Of a stretch of DNA of 64,000 nucleotides, positions 18,685 to 28,469 are shown piece by piece. Below the pieces are notes generated by a model that ran no database searches, was not told where the DNA came from, and saw only the letters and a list, made by a program, of their open reading frames with translations. The stretch lies in IMG/VR virus record IMGVR_UViG_3300010352_000625, positions 128,001 through 192,000 of that record, one strand, 5' to 3'. How positions within the stretch are numbered: the first letter of the stretch is position 1; each line of letters starts with the position of its first letter. The position numbers and the translations under genes are program-made. The DNA comes from a virus (lineage: Duplodnaviria; Caudoviricetes).

Positions 18685-19029
18685 TTATACCTCCCTTAAA
18701 TTCCCCATAGAATATTTGTTAGTTATATTCATATTTATATTATATTTTTCTGAATTATAAGGTAATTCTGTAACTAACTGATTATTCTCAATATTATCAA
18801 TAACAAATTCAACATCTTTAATATCGTTTATATTTTTAATATAATCACTTAATGATTCAATATCAGCAAATATATCATCCGAATATTCAGATTCATTATC
18901 AGATATATAACTCAATGTATCCGATAAACTATTAATTATACTAGTAGCTTCTGTGATATTACTTAAACTATTAATATGAGATTTAATTATATCTAACTGT
19001 TTCTGGCTTATCAAATATACTTTATCCAT
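18685..19029 (-). CDS. Hypothetical protein
   Basis: 114-aa ORF with RBS. Confidence 0.6.
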   Translation of the reverse strand: MDKVYLISQKQLDIIKSHINSLSNITEATSIINSLSDTLSYISDNESEYSDDIFADIESLSDYIKNINDIKDVEFVIDNIENNQLVTELPYNSEKYNINMNITNKYSMGNLREV

Positions 19030-19057
19030 TCTTTCGTTCCTTCTTTCAACATATTAA

Positions 19058-19129
19058 TGGAGGGAAGTGAGAGAATTTAACTCTCCTTGTACCCTTTGCA
19101 GGGGTATTACATCAACAGATGAACTTCCC
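19058..19129 (-). tRNA. tRNA-Cys(GCA), reduced D-loop
   Basis: TACCC-CTGCAAA-GGGTA, U73-CCA; own promoter at about 19138-19167. Confidence 0.82.
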
Positions 19130-19174
19130 ATTAATACTAGTATATCATATTATATATAATTTGTCAAGTGTTAA

Positions 19175-19210
19175 TTCTAACTTGTGCTTAGGTTGAAGCA
19201 CAAGTTAGAA
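19175..19210. terminator. 15-bp perfect hairpin
   Basis: TTCTAACTTGTGCTT-AGGTTG-AAGCACAAGTTAGAA. Confidence 0.6.
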
Positions 19211-19268
19211 ATATCAATTTTGTGACATCACGAAATTAACGTTAAGAGATATCATAAAGGTGTATCAA

Positions 19269-19895
19269 TTATTTCATATCAAATAAATAATAACCCTTTG
19301 CTTTAAAATATACTGCTGAAGCATAATTAGAAACTATAGGAGCATATACACAAGAAAAAATAAAATTCTTATTTTTAATTTTAGAATATATTTCTTCAAA
19401 TTCTTTATATGTTACATGTACAGCATTACCAATACTAAATTCTTCATCCTTTGATACAACATAAATCTCCTTACCATCACCATAAAGAATTGATTCTTGA
19501 TTATACTTATCTCTTAATTCAATCCCTAACTGTTTAAATTGTTCATTGTCTAAACTTTTACCATCCCAAGTTTTGTTAGGAATAAAATAAGAAATTTCTA
19601 CAACTTTAAGTTCATCTGGAGTACCAGCGTTTTCTGTCCAATGCCCTTCTAATTGAATAGCACCTAGATTATTTTCTTTAATATCAGATAGTAATTGTTT
19701 GTTTCTGATAATATTCTTATTTTTAGAATATTCTCCTCTAAATGCTGTTATTATAATAAAACTTATTCCACTTTGTACATGACTTATAATTCTAGATAAA
19801 CCAGCACTAGCTTCAATAACTTTAAAATTGTTACTATCAGATATGTTTGGTGAAGTTTGTTCAATGATACTATCAAATTTTTTAAATATATTCAT
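19269..19895 (-). CDS. Conserved phage protein (paralog of 20956-21831)
   Basis: IITAFR..N..RN..L, G.W.E, EISY/F and YNQ motifs shared with 20956. Confidence 0.7.
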   Translation of the reverse strand: MNIFKKFDSIIEQTSPNISDSNNFKVIEASAGLSRIISHVQSGISFIIITAFRGEYSKNKNIIRNKQLLSDIKENNLGAIQLEGHWTENAGTPDELKVVEISYFIPNKTWDGKSLDNEQFKQLGIELRDKYNQESILYGDGKEIYVVSKDEEFSIGNAVHVTYKEFEEIYSKIKNKNFIFSCVYAPIVSNYASAVYFKAKGYYLFDMK

Positions 19896-19896
19896 T

Positions 19897-20160
19897 TTAA
19901 AATCTCCTTATCTCTATTATATAATGTAAAAATCTTTTATTACTTTTATTAATTTCAATATTCAATATCTTATTATTATTTAATCGATTAATCATATCTT
20001 TGTATTCTTCAGTATCTTCGACAACTATCCTATGTCTACCATTAGTCATAGTATATTTAATACCATTATATTCTGGTGTATTAACAATTACAGATAAATT
20101 ATCTATGTTATCTAAAAATAATTCATAAAAATCTTTAAATAGTATAATATTATTCATCAT
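19897..20160 (-). CDS. Hypothetical protein
   Basis: 87-aa ORF in operon. Confidence 0.55.
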   Translation of the reverse strand: MMNNIILFKDFYELFLDNIDNLSVIVNTPEYNGIKYTMTNGRHRIVVEDTEEYKDMINRLNNNKILNIEINKSNKRFLHYIIEIRRF

Positions 20161-20166
20161 TATTAT

Positions 20167-20598
20167 TTACTTTAATATAAAAAACCCAGCATCTTTTTTC
20201 CACTCAGGCCAGGAATCTATTTCATTTTGTATTTCTTTAAATCTACGTTCAGCTTCTTCTATTTCTTTTTTTCGTTCTTCTTTTATTTTATTAACTTTGT
20301 ATAAATATTGTATTCTATCTAATTCATCATTAGTACTAAAAGCAACTGTCCATTCATTTTCTTCATCTGTAGGTAATTCATCAAATTCATATTTAGGAGT
20401 TTCTATTTTATTATATTTAATAGTTGTGTTAACTATCTCTCTTACTCTACCGAGACCATCACAAAAATCACACTTAATAAAACGATAATCAACAAAACCA
20501 CTAAATGTTGATTCAGCTTTTTCCATTTTTAAATATCCTCTACCCTTACATTTAGGGCAAATTATAATTTCATCTGTGTTTTTGATTTTTTCATCCAT
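20167..20598 (-). CDS. DnaJ-type zinc-finger (CxxCxGxG) protein
   Basis: CPKCKGRG and CDFCDGLG. Confidence 0.7.
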   Translation of the reverse strand: MDEKIKNTDEIIICPKCKGRGYLKMEKAESTFSGFVDYRFIKCDFCDGLGRVREIVNTTIKYNKIETPKYEFDELPTDEENEWTVAFSTNDELDRIQYLYKVNKIKEERKKEIEEAERRFKEIQNEIDSWPEWKKDAGFFILK

Positions 20599-20734
20599 TT
20601 CTCATTCTTCCTTATCTTCTACATATATAAATTTATGATATATAAATTTATGAATTAAATACACACAAAAACAATAAAAAAATCTTGAATAAAAAGTATC
20701 ATCAATATTAAAATAATTAAATATGGGTGCATAT

Positions 20735-20898
20735 GTGAACTAATTACAGTCTAAAGACTGTAATCTTCCTGATTCATCAACTACAAATTTCATAGTCTCC
20801 ACAGGCTTGAATTCCCTAGGTTCCCTAGGTATTTGATTTTTAATTATTTTTGACATTCATATTACCACCTAAAGACAGTAATCTTTCTGTCTATTTTT
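20735..20898 (-). mobile_element. Complete miniature IS200/IS605 element (left end fused to right end)
   Basis: TTAC|AAAAATAGACAGAAAGATTACTG...GGTGGTAATATGAATGTC joined to the right end ending GTTCAC. Confidence 0.92.
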
Positions 20899-20955
20899 GT
20901 AAAATAACAAACCAATCTAAAAATATTTTCATATAATTTTATCTCCTAATTTAAA

Positions 20956-21831
20956 TTAATCATCTAATCTATACATTCCAGTTAAATTTTTAAACCATTT
21001 TTCAGATTTATCATAGTATATATTATAATTACTTTCAATTGTTTTATTTTTAAATAATGTATCGATAAATTCTGATTTATCTTTATTATTCATCACAAAA
21101 GCACTGTTTGATTTTTTATTTTTCTGACTATAACCAAATCCATAATTATCTTCATCAGCTATCTTTTTATATGCTACATATTTATCATGCACATTTTTAA
21201 TATTATCAGGAGTGCTAAAATGAATCTGTATAAAAGTATCAGCTAGACTTACATTAGAATCACCATCATTTATATATAATTCAAATTTTACACTACCATC
21301 AGTTGTTTTTTCTACAGCTTTACCAACAATTACTGCCATTTGATTATATTTAATACACCACTCAAAAGCTAATTTTTTAAATTCATCATAATTCATTATT
21401 TTATTGCCATGTCTGTTATAACCAAGTATCATAAAACTTATTTCTTCTGAAGCTGGTTCATAACCTATATCATTCTGTTTCTTATCTGACCAACTACCAG
21501 CTATTTTAACAAAAGATAAATCATTATTAATAATATCAACGACTAATCTTTTTCTCTGCAACTCATTCTGATTTCTGGTATTCTCACTTCGTTCAGCACT
21601 AATAAACATAACAGGTACACCAGAATAAATATGTTCAGCAATTCTAGACATATTAGCAGATAACAAAGATTTTTTAGCTATATAAATATTATCATCTTTA
21701 GTATCAGCAGTTATATTGTTAATAATAGTAAATCTAGAGTTATTAGCTAAATCGTCATTAAGTGATTTCAACTCTTTATATATATTTGCTGTTGCTATAG
21801 TAACATTTAAATTTTTAATGATATCACTCAT
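20956..21831 (-). CDS. Conserved phage protein (paralog of 19269-19895)
   Basis: FISAER..N..N, GSW, EISF, KYNQ. Confidence 0.7.
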   Translation of the reverse strand: MSDIIKNLNVTIATANIYKELKSLNDDLANNSRFTIINNITADTKDDNIYIAKKSLLSANMSRIAEHIYSGVPVMFISAERSENTRNQNELQRKRLVVDIINNDLSFVKIAGSWSDKKQNDIGYEPASEEISFMILGYNRHGNKIMNYDEFKKLAFEWCIKYNQMAVIVGKAVEKTTDGSVKFELYINDGDSNVSLADTFIQIHFSTPDNIKNVHDKYVAYKKIADEDNYGFGYSQKNKKSNSAFVMNNKDKSEFIDTLFKNKTIESNYNIYYDKSEKWFKNLTGMYRLDD

Positions 21832-21859
21832 TGAACAATCAACTCTCTATTTAAATTAT

Positions 21860-21946
21860 TGGTGGGCGTGACAGGACTTGAACCTGCAAGACCTTTCGGT
21901 CAGTAGCTTCTAAGACTACCGTGTATTCCAGTTCCACCACACACCC
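21860..21946 (-). tRNA. tRNA-Leu(UAG)
   Basis: GTAGT-CTTAGAA-GCTAC, long variable arm, CCA. Confidence 0.95.
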
Positions 21947-21952
21947 ACATCA

Positions 21953-22474
21953 TTATTTCTTTTCCCAAAAATTAATTATATCATCATAAGCTTCAATCAT
22001 ATGTTCCCACATAATACCATTATTAGGGTCTGTCTGAATAAATCTACATGGAAAAAATTCGATAATATTACTAGGAGTATCATCAAATATAATAAAATCT
22101 GAATATTTTTCCCCATATTTATCCATGTAATCTTTTATTTCATTACCACGTTCCATATAATTTTTAGATTCATTGATATCATTAGTCTTCCAAGGATTAG
22201 CAAATTTACCTCTAAATCCTGAATTAGCAAAAGCACTATTAACCCAGTGATATGCTGTCATATCAGTTTCTTTCACAAAATTTTTCCAACTTGATGTAAT
22301 TATAAATTCAACATCATACTCATCATGTATCTTATTAAAAAAATCTATTGCAACAGGGTCAAATCTAGCCCACATTTTATAACTCGCATTATGAGCAAAA
22401 TGTACTCTCCAACTTGTCAGCACACCATCAATATCAACAAAGATAGCATATTTCTTTTTATATTCTTTATCCAT
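21953..22474 (-). CDS. HAD-superfamily phosphatase (Swiss-Army-Knife RNA-repair type)
   Basis: FVDIDGVL, ITSSW, RGNEI and IIFDD motifs. Confidence 0.8.
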   Translation of the reverse strand: MDKEYKKKYAIFVDIDGVLTSWRVHFAHNASYKMWARFDPVAIDFFNKIHDEYDVEFIITSSWKNFVKETDMTAYHWVNSAFANSGFRGKFANPWKTNDINESKNYMERGNEIKDYMDKYGEKYSDFIIFDDTPSNIIEFFPCRFIQTDPNNGIMWEHMIEAYDDIINFWEKK

Positions 22475-22519
22475 TTCGTTTTCATTCCTTCATATTATAA
22501 TATTATTTATATTTTATTA

Positions 22520-22780
22520 TTAATCATAACACTTCAAATAAGGAATGTCTTCATTTACATGTTCTATATCATAATCTGGCATTGGAAGCATTTCAGCTAC
22601 TATTTCACATAATATTAAATCACATTCTTTAGGATTATATACATTATCTGTACTTCCATACTCACTAATATCTTCATTAATTCCATTTATTATTTCTTCA
22701 ACAAATTCTAATGCTGAATTTTTATCATTAAAATAGTCATTAATACCCATATCATAGCTATAAACAAAATATTTACTCAT
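22520..22780 (-). CDS. Hypothetical acidic protein
   Basis: 86-aa ORF. Confidence 0.55.
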   Translation of the reverse strand: MSKYFVYSYDMGINDYFNDKNSALEFVEEIINGINEDISEYGSTDNVYNPKECDLILCEIVAEMLPMPDYDIEHVNEDIPYLKCYD

Positions 22781-22790
22781 AAAAATAGCC

Positions 22791-23834
22791 TCATTTCATT
22801 GGTTTAATCTTTTCTTCGATGCAACTGATTTCTTCTTCAGTCAAGCCGTATTTTGCATAAAACTGACTGTCGATTTCAGAAATGCTCTTGCTCCAGTCGA
22901 TGTCGGATTTTGTGGTTAAGTCTTGTAACGGTACGAACTGGTACACATTCTGGTACACATTCTGGGACACTTTTAATATACCTACCATAAATCTAAAGAA
23001 TTTTCCGCTCATGTATTTTTGAAGATTTTCGGCTTCTAATTGCGTGTCAAATGCACCTATAGGAATTAATGAATCTGTACATACGGATTGAGGATATCCA
23101 ATATACGCTTTCCCAAGAATAGCAACCGGTTTATCATTGCTCAAAATACCGGCACCACCATTGCCTTTCGAAGTAAATACTTTGTATTTATCAATTACAT
23201 CTATATTTTTTGTGATATTTTCTCTCTTTGTATAACGGATTTTTTCATATGCACAACGAACTTCAATTGCACAATCAAAAGGTTTTTCTGTTGTGATTTT
23301 ATCGAGTTCTGACTTTTTACCTACTATTCCAAATGCATTACGTCCAGAGGTTATAGTGGTCATCGATACAAATCCATTGGCAGTGCGAACTTTATCTAAT
23401 ATACTAACCAAACAATTCATAGAGATAATAATATCCAATCCCTCTTCAAATAAAGGCCTTGTTGCTATATTTCTGCTGTCAGCATAGCACTCTGTGAAAA
23501 CGACATTGCCAATGTGACTTTTATCAAACAGATAATAATTAACACCACCTGCAATTTCAACCCCCTTAAACAACAGTTTATTGTCGGGATAATTAAAAAT
23601 TTTCGAAAAATGATTATTGTCCTTGATAAACTCTCTAAGTTTGATAAAGGATTTATCTTGCGCATCTGCAGTAAACCATCTTGAAGGTGTAATGAGAGAT
23701 GTGTAAACTGCGTTTAATTTAATAGTATTTTGAATAAACATAGGAAACAATTGCTTTGATAACGCAGTATTCTCTCCTGTATTGCTAATATTTTCCTGAT
23801 ATGGAGGATTTCCCACTACAGCGTTAAACTTCAT
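22791..23834 (-). CDS. Eco57I-type methyltransferase catalytic (NPPY) + target-recognition module
   Basis: MKFNAVVGNPPYQ, ITPSRW and C-terminal FVPLQD..DIDWSK..YAKYGL; no SAM-binding motif I. Confidence 0.85.
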   Translation of the reverse strand: MKFNAVVGNPPYQENISNTGENTALSKQLFPMFIQNTIKLNAVYTSLITPSRWFTADAQDKSFIKLREFIKDNNHFSKIFNYPDNKLLFKGVEIAGGVNYYLFDKSHIGNVVFTECYADSRNIATRPLFEEGLDIIISMNCLVSILDKVRTANGFVSMTTITSGRNAFGIVGKKSELDKITTEKPFDCAIEVRCAYEKIRYTKRENITKNIDVIDKYKVFTSKGNGGAGILSNDKPVAILGKAYIGYPQSVCTDSLIPIGAFDTQLEAENLQKYMSGKFFRFMVGILKVSQNVYQNVYQFVPLQDLTTKSDIDWSKSISEIDSQFYAKYGLTEEEISCIEEKIKPMK

Positions 23835-24036
23835 TTTCTTAACTTCTCCTTTTTCCCAATAGCTTGGCTCCAGACCAGACGCATTTGCCTTTATGCTACA
23901 TTCCGATATTTACAAATTAAAAAATATGTTAGATGAAAAGCATATATTGAATTTTCTTCAAAGAGATAATCAATATATAACGCCCCAACATCTTTTATAA
24001 TACTATTATATCACAACTTACTAATGTTGTCAAGTA

Positions 24037-24417
24037 TCAAATTTTATTTCTAAGTATCGTAACTATATCTTCAGTTTTCATTTTATTTTGTGCTACACTC
24101 ATTCCTATATTTACTAATTCGTCTGTTTCAAATTTAACATTATAGTTATTAATTTTAAGTAATACCAACATTATATGTATACCAATTCTTTTGTTACCAT
24201 CAGTGAAAGGATGATTAGTAATAAAAGAATAACACGCTCTAGCTATTTTTTCAATATCACTTTTGTATATTTCTTCATTGAAAGCACCAGCATAAGGCGA
24301 AAAATAAGCTGTCCAAAAAGACATGTTATCTCTAACTTTACCGCTGAACCCACCCGTTTTAGCAGTAATTACTTTATTAAGATTAACAACTTGTTCTTGT
24401 GTTAAATATTTCATCAC
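24037..24417 (-). CDS. doc: Doc/Fic-family toxin
   Basis: HPFTDGNKRIG motif; 126 aa. Confidence 0.88.
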   Translation of the reverse strand: MMKYLTQEQVVNLNKVITAKTGGFSGKVRDNMSFWTAYFSPYAGAFNEEIYKSDIEKIARACYSFITNHPFTDGNKRIGIHIMLVLLKINNYNVKFETDELVNIGMSVAQNKMKTEDIVTILRNKI

Positions 24418-24476
24418 TATTCTCCCAATATAGTATAAGCTTCTATATTATCATCCTTGAGTTTCTAGTCTTTTGT

Positions 24477-25646
24477 TTATTCAAAGGATTTAATTCTGGA
24501 TTCGATATAATCTATTTCATCTTGATCCAAATCGTATTTCGCATAAAGTTGCGTGTCTATATCTGTAATCGTTTTTCCCCAGTCAATATCTGAGTTAGAT
24601 CTGAAATTCTGCTGTGGGACAAAGGAATAAATATTACTTGTTATCACTTGGGCAATTTTTTTGATTCCAAGCATAAATCTGAAGAACTTTGTATTCATAT
24701 ATTTGTTAAGATTCTCTGCCTCTAATCGGTTGTCAAAATCACCAACAGCGATAAGTGTGTTTGAACAAATCGAATTTGGCCTCATAAGAAAAGTTCTTCC
24801 CAAAATCGCTACAGCCTTATCATCAAGCAGGGTTCCTGCGCCGCCATTCATTTTTGATGTAAAAACCTTCCAATGTTTTGACAGTTCTCTATTTCGCTTA
24901 ATTTCATCACTTGATATATATTTCATTTCCCCATAAGCGCAAAGAATCATTGTGTTATGCGTCACATCTGGTGAGGTTGTAGTAATTCTATCTAAAGATG
25001 CATCTATTGCAGGAATACCGAATGGGTTACGTCCAGTCACAATTTTTTCCATTGACTTAAAGTTTTCAGCGGTAACTTTATGTAGAATACTTATCATTCT
25101 ATTCATTGGGAGGACAACATCTAAACCTTTTTCAAAAAGAGGTCTTTCAACAACTGTTTCATTCTTGTTAGAAATCTCAGTAAAAATAATATCTCCTGAA
25201 TACCCATTGTGGTACAGGAAGTAATTTACGCCACCAGGAACACTAACATCACCAAATACATCACTACTGTTTAAATAGTTTACAATGTGGGAAAAATGGT
25301 TGTTATTTCTTAAAAAATTCCTAAGTGTCACAAAAGAACGGTCCTGAGCGTTTCCAGTAAACCACCTTGATGGCGTAATTAATGATAAATATCTGGGTTG
25401 CATCTTAATTACAAGGGTAATAAATGAAGGGTATAGTTGCTTGCTTAGTGACTTATTTTCTTGACCCCCAATATTTTCTTGATATGGTGGATTGCCAACA
25501 ATGGCATCGAATTTTAGCATGTTTTCTTCATCTCTTAGGACTACTTCGTCCTCCATAGTAATTTCATTAAACGACTTATTTTGATTCAACAATAATCTGA
25601 TTTTTTTATAATTAATTTCGTTATCATCGGTTTTGATATTGAGCAA
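24477..25646 (-). CDS. Second Eco57I-type NPPY + target-recognition module (start may be internal, near MLKFDAIVGNPPY)
   Basis: FDAIVGNPPYQ, ITPSRW; paralogous to 22791-23834. Confidence 0.85.
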   Translation of the reverse strand: MLNIKTDDNEINYKKIRLLLNQNKSFNEITMEDEVVLRDEENMLKFDAIVGNPPYQENIGGQENKSLSKQLYPSFITLVIKMQPRYLSLITPSRWFTGNAQDRSFVTLRNFLRNNNHFSHIVNYLNSSDVFGDVSVPGGVNYFLYHNGYSGDIIFTEISNKNETVVERPLFEKGLDVVLPMNRMISILHKVTAENFKSMEKIVTGRNPFGIPAIDASLDRITTTSPDVTHNTMILCAYGEMKYISSDEIKRNRELSKHWKVFTSKMNGGAGTLLDDKAVAILGRTFLMRPNSICSNTLIAVGDFDNRLEAENLNKYMNTKFFRFMLGIKKIAQVITSNIYSFVPQQNFRSNSDIDWGKTITDIDTQLYAKYDLDQDEIDYIESRIKSFE

Positions 25647-25689
25647 ATAGATTATCGAGTAATTCTAAATTTCTCATGAGATCCTTCAT

Positions 25690-26679
25690 TTATTTTTTAT
25701 TGAGTAAAGAAACAAATTTAATTTCTTTACTTACACCCCAATCCATAACCTTGCAATAAATCCCTGAATGAAGGAGCGGGTCGTTTTTTGCACATCCCTC
25801 ACAAGGCGTGTTCTCTATGGGTGCATCGAAAAGACTCAATTGAACAAAATTACTGTTTTTATTTTTACAACTATTTGGGACTACAAATTTTAATCCGTCC
25901 ATTTGCCAGATGTTCCACGAAATGACAAAGGCAATATTTAATAGTAGTTCTTCACATGGCTCATAATGGAATTTATTTATATAATAGTCGATAAATGTAC
26001 ACAATAAATTTTCTCTTGCTAATAGAACATTATCTCCCTGCCAGTCATAGCCATAAATACTTTTATACGCCTTGTATGCCCAATTTAGCCATTCTTCTTT
26101 ATCACTTACATTTTCAGATAACACACGCAATTTTCTATCAAGAAGGCCTATTCGTTCAGATATTTCAATATATTGTCCGATTACAGTATCATAGCGACTA
26201 ACCAAATACGGTGCTTCTCCACAACATATTTCAAGCCGTGACTCGAGTACATAATCTTTCCAAGTCTTCCCGCTTTTGGTTGGAAATTTAATTGGCTCAT
26301 GTATCGAATCCCAAGAATTTTCTTTCCCGATATTAAAAACATGCTTTTGTCCAAACCACTCATAATCTATAAGATTATTCTGTTTGTTACATACCCAAGA
26401 AGGTGTAAAGACTTCGGCTTTTTCACGAATACGCATAATTTGGTTTTCTTTCGTTTTTTCAGTCCTCGGTTTCACTATGTCACGATAGAATCCAGTTACA
26501 GAGTCAATTGTGATTTGATCATCGAAATTAAATTGATTACCATGAACAGAATAATTATTTGTAGCCCAAATAATGTTCTTTTTTGTGGTCTCATCTTTAA
26601 GGAGAATTTCCAGTACGTTTGGACTGAATTCTTTATTCTTTTCTTCAATAAAATTCATTGTATAATTCAGCATTTTCAA
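25690..26679 (-). CDS. R-M methyltransferase SAM-binding subunit
   Basis: KAEVFTP (motif X), LEICCGEAPY (motif I), YGYDWQGDN, WQMDGL; no NPPY. Confidence 0.82.
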   Translation of the reverse strand: MKMLNYTMNFIEEKNKEFSPNVLEILLKDETTKKNIIWATNNYSVHGNQFNFDDQITIDSVTGFYRDIVKPRTEKTKENQIMRIREKAEVFTPSWVCNKQNNLIDYEWFGQKHVFNIGKENSWDSIHEPIKFPTKSGKTWKDYVLESRLEICCGEAPYLVSRYDTVIGQYIEISERIGLLDRKLRVLSENVSDKEEWLNWAYKAYKSIYGYDWQGDNVLLARENLLCTFIDYYINKFHYEPCEELLLNIAFVISWNIWQMDGLKFVVPNSCKNKNSNFVQLSLFDAPIENTPCEGCAKNDPLLHSGIYCKVMDWGVSKEIKFVSLLNKK

Positions 26680-26722
26680 TCCTCCAGCTTTATCTGAATC
26701 AAAAGTTGCTCACATAGGTGAA

Positions 26723-26782
26723 TATGAAATCTGTAGTCGATGAATCAGGAAGATTACAGTCTAAAGACTGTAATTAGTTCAC
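26723..26782 (+). mobile_element. Truncated IS200/IS605 right-end derivative
   Basis: Matches the last ~60 bp of the tnpB element, ending GTTCAC. Confidence 0.88.
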
Positions 26783-26919
26783 TATTCTCCCAATATAATA
26801 TAGACTTCTATGTTATTATCAATTATTTCATTAGATATAATATCAATTTTTATATCATCTAAGAATTCTGTTTCATAAGCTACTATCAAATGCATTTCCA
26901 TATCATTTACAGATACCAT
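26782..26919 (-). CDS. Small acidic protein, putative Doc antitoxin
   Basis: Manual translation MVSVND...IIDNNIEVYIILGE*; its 3' end is duplicated immediately before doc. Confidence 0.5.
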   Translation of the reverse strand: MVSVNDMEMHLIVAYETEFLDDIKIDIISNEIIDNNIEVYIILGE

Positions 26920-26947
26920 TTTTTTATACCTACTTTATATTTATTAT

Positions 26948-27021
26948 TGGAAGGGATAATTGGAATCTAACCAATAACTAAAGTGTCAGAAACTTTTGTT
27001 TTAACATTAAACTATATCCCT
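26948..27021 (-). tRNA. tRNA-Gln(CUG)
   Basis: AAAGT-TTCTGAC-ACTTT, CCA; U19/A56 variant. Confidence 0.82.
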
Positions 27022-27036
27022 ATATTATAAATAAAA

Positions 27037-27564
27037 TTACTCCCACATTAAATCTAATGTTTTATAAATTTCATCTATCTGTTTATCAGTAAATTTCCAT
27101 CTTTTATTAATTGTTTTTTTAGCCCAATCATAAGGTGTATTTTTACCTAGTTCTTCAGACATTGCACACCAATCAGCACCCATTTCATGAATTGCAAGTG
27201 TTGGCATTTTAGAAGCATCAACTAACATGTTATCTAGTTCATTATCTCTAGTAAAATTTTTAATGTTTTTATCCCAATATTCAGGATGATGTACATTATT
27301 TTTAATATGTTTAAACGTAGCTTCATCAATCAATTTAGAATCAAAAGGATACTCATATTCTGGATTAGCATATTTCCATGTTAAAAATATATACCAAGTG
27401 TTAATATCAGTATCTTCCAATTTATCTAAATCATGATATGTGTAATCTTTATTCATTTTTTTACCATATTTATTAACTAAGCTAATATGTTTATTAGTTC
27501 TACGATAAAAAAATGATATCATATCATTCATTAATTTTGTTGGTAATACACTATTTATATTCAA
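27037..27564 (-). CDS. HD-like domain protein (DUF5662-like)
   Basis: H..HDLDK, H...N.HHPEYW, EMGADW. Confidence 0.7.
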   Translation of the reverse strand: MNINSVLPTKLMNDMISFFYRRTNKHISLVNKYGKKMNKDYTYHDLDKLEDTDINTWYIFLTWKYANPEYEYPFDSKLIDEATFKHIKNNVHHPEYWDKNIKNFTRDNELDNMLVDASKMPTLAIHEMGADWCAMSEELGKNTPYDWAKKTINKRWKFTDKQIDEIYKTLDLMWE

Positions 27565-27576
27565 TTAAACATCTCT

Positions 27577-27768
27577 TTAGGCTGGTTCATAATTAGAACC
27601 ATTATTATGAAGACAAACAGTCATAGAAAACCAACAATTCTGCTGTCCACAAGGACCAGCTATATAACCGCTAGATTTTGCTGGGTCTTGCTCTATATTA
27701 TATTCACATGAATCACAATCATGTTCATCACGACAATTACAGTTACAGTCTTTACATATATCTTCCAT
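27577..27768 (-). CDS. Small Cys-rich protein
   Basis: 63 aa with multiple Cys; RBS. Confidence 0.6.
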   Translation of the reverse strand: MEDICKDCNCNCRDEHDCDSCEYNIEQDPAKSSGYIAGPCGQQNCWFSMTVCLHNNGSNYEPA

Positions 27769-27784
27769 TTTAATTTCCTTCTTT

Positions 27785-28132
27785 CTAAAAGAAATCCTTC
27801 ATGTCTACTCTTTTTATGGTTCTAAGATAGTTACCCAAATCTATTACTGAACTTTTGTTAAAGAAGAAATTATATTTTAACATAATATCATCTTTAGTAA
27901 TAATATCAAAATTAACTATATTATCATGCTCATAAACTGTAATGATTGCAACAAACTTAGGTGTATCAACATATGTTGTTTCGCCATCTGTTGCTACTGC
28001 TGTTGCTTTATAAAGATCAGAATAAAATTTTTCTCTAAGTTCTTCCTCACCACCGCAAGCCCCGTTAATAGGTGTAGAGTCCATAAACAGTTTTGCTAAC
28101 ATCAAAGAATTAAATTTACTCATTGTATACAT
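27785..28132 (-). CDS. Hypothetical protein
   Basis: 115-aa ORF after a promoter and GAGG RBS. Confidence 0.65.
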   Translation of the reverse strand: MYTMSKFNSLMLAKLFMDSTPINGACGGEEELREKFYSDLYKATAVATDGETTYVDTPKFVAIITVYEHDNIVNFDIITKDDIMLKYNFFFNKSSVIDLGNYLRTIKRVDMKDFF

Positions 28133-28342
28133 CCTCTCTCAATCAAGTGTTTTTCATTCACTATATATATTATAACACAGAATTAAGATGTTGTATAGTA
28201 TCTAAAAGTATACAATGTAAAATAGATGTAAACTAAGTCTATAATTAATTTACTTTGTAATAATTATAATTAAACTTAGTTTCATTTTTTATTAAATATT
28301 AAATTGTTGTAATAATTAAATAATAAACTTTAATATATTTTA

Positions 28343-28402
28343 TGCGGACCCACTGAACTCGAAGCAGACCTTTTTCGTTTCGTCAATTTAAACTACAGTC
28401 CC
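28343..28402 (-). pseudogene. Degenerate tRNA-like remnant lacking an anticodon arm
   Basis: GGGACTG-TA-GTTTAAATTGACGAAAC D-like arm and TTCGA T-like loop. Confidence 0.4.
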
Positions 28403-28426
28403 GATGTGTTAATTTTTAAACATAAT

Positions 28427-28460
28427 TGGCTCCGACGGAGAGAATCGAACTCCCATATGA
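28427..28460 (-). pseudogene. Isolated tRNA 3' half (Asn-like)
   Basis: CATATGGGAG-TTCGATT-CTCTCCGTCGGAGCCA resembles the 3' end of tRNA-Asn at 29716. Confidence 0.75.
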
Positions 28461-28469
28461 TGTTTTTAT

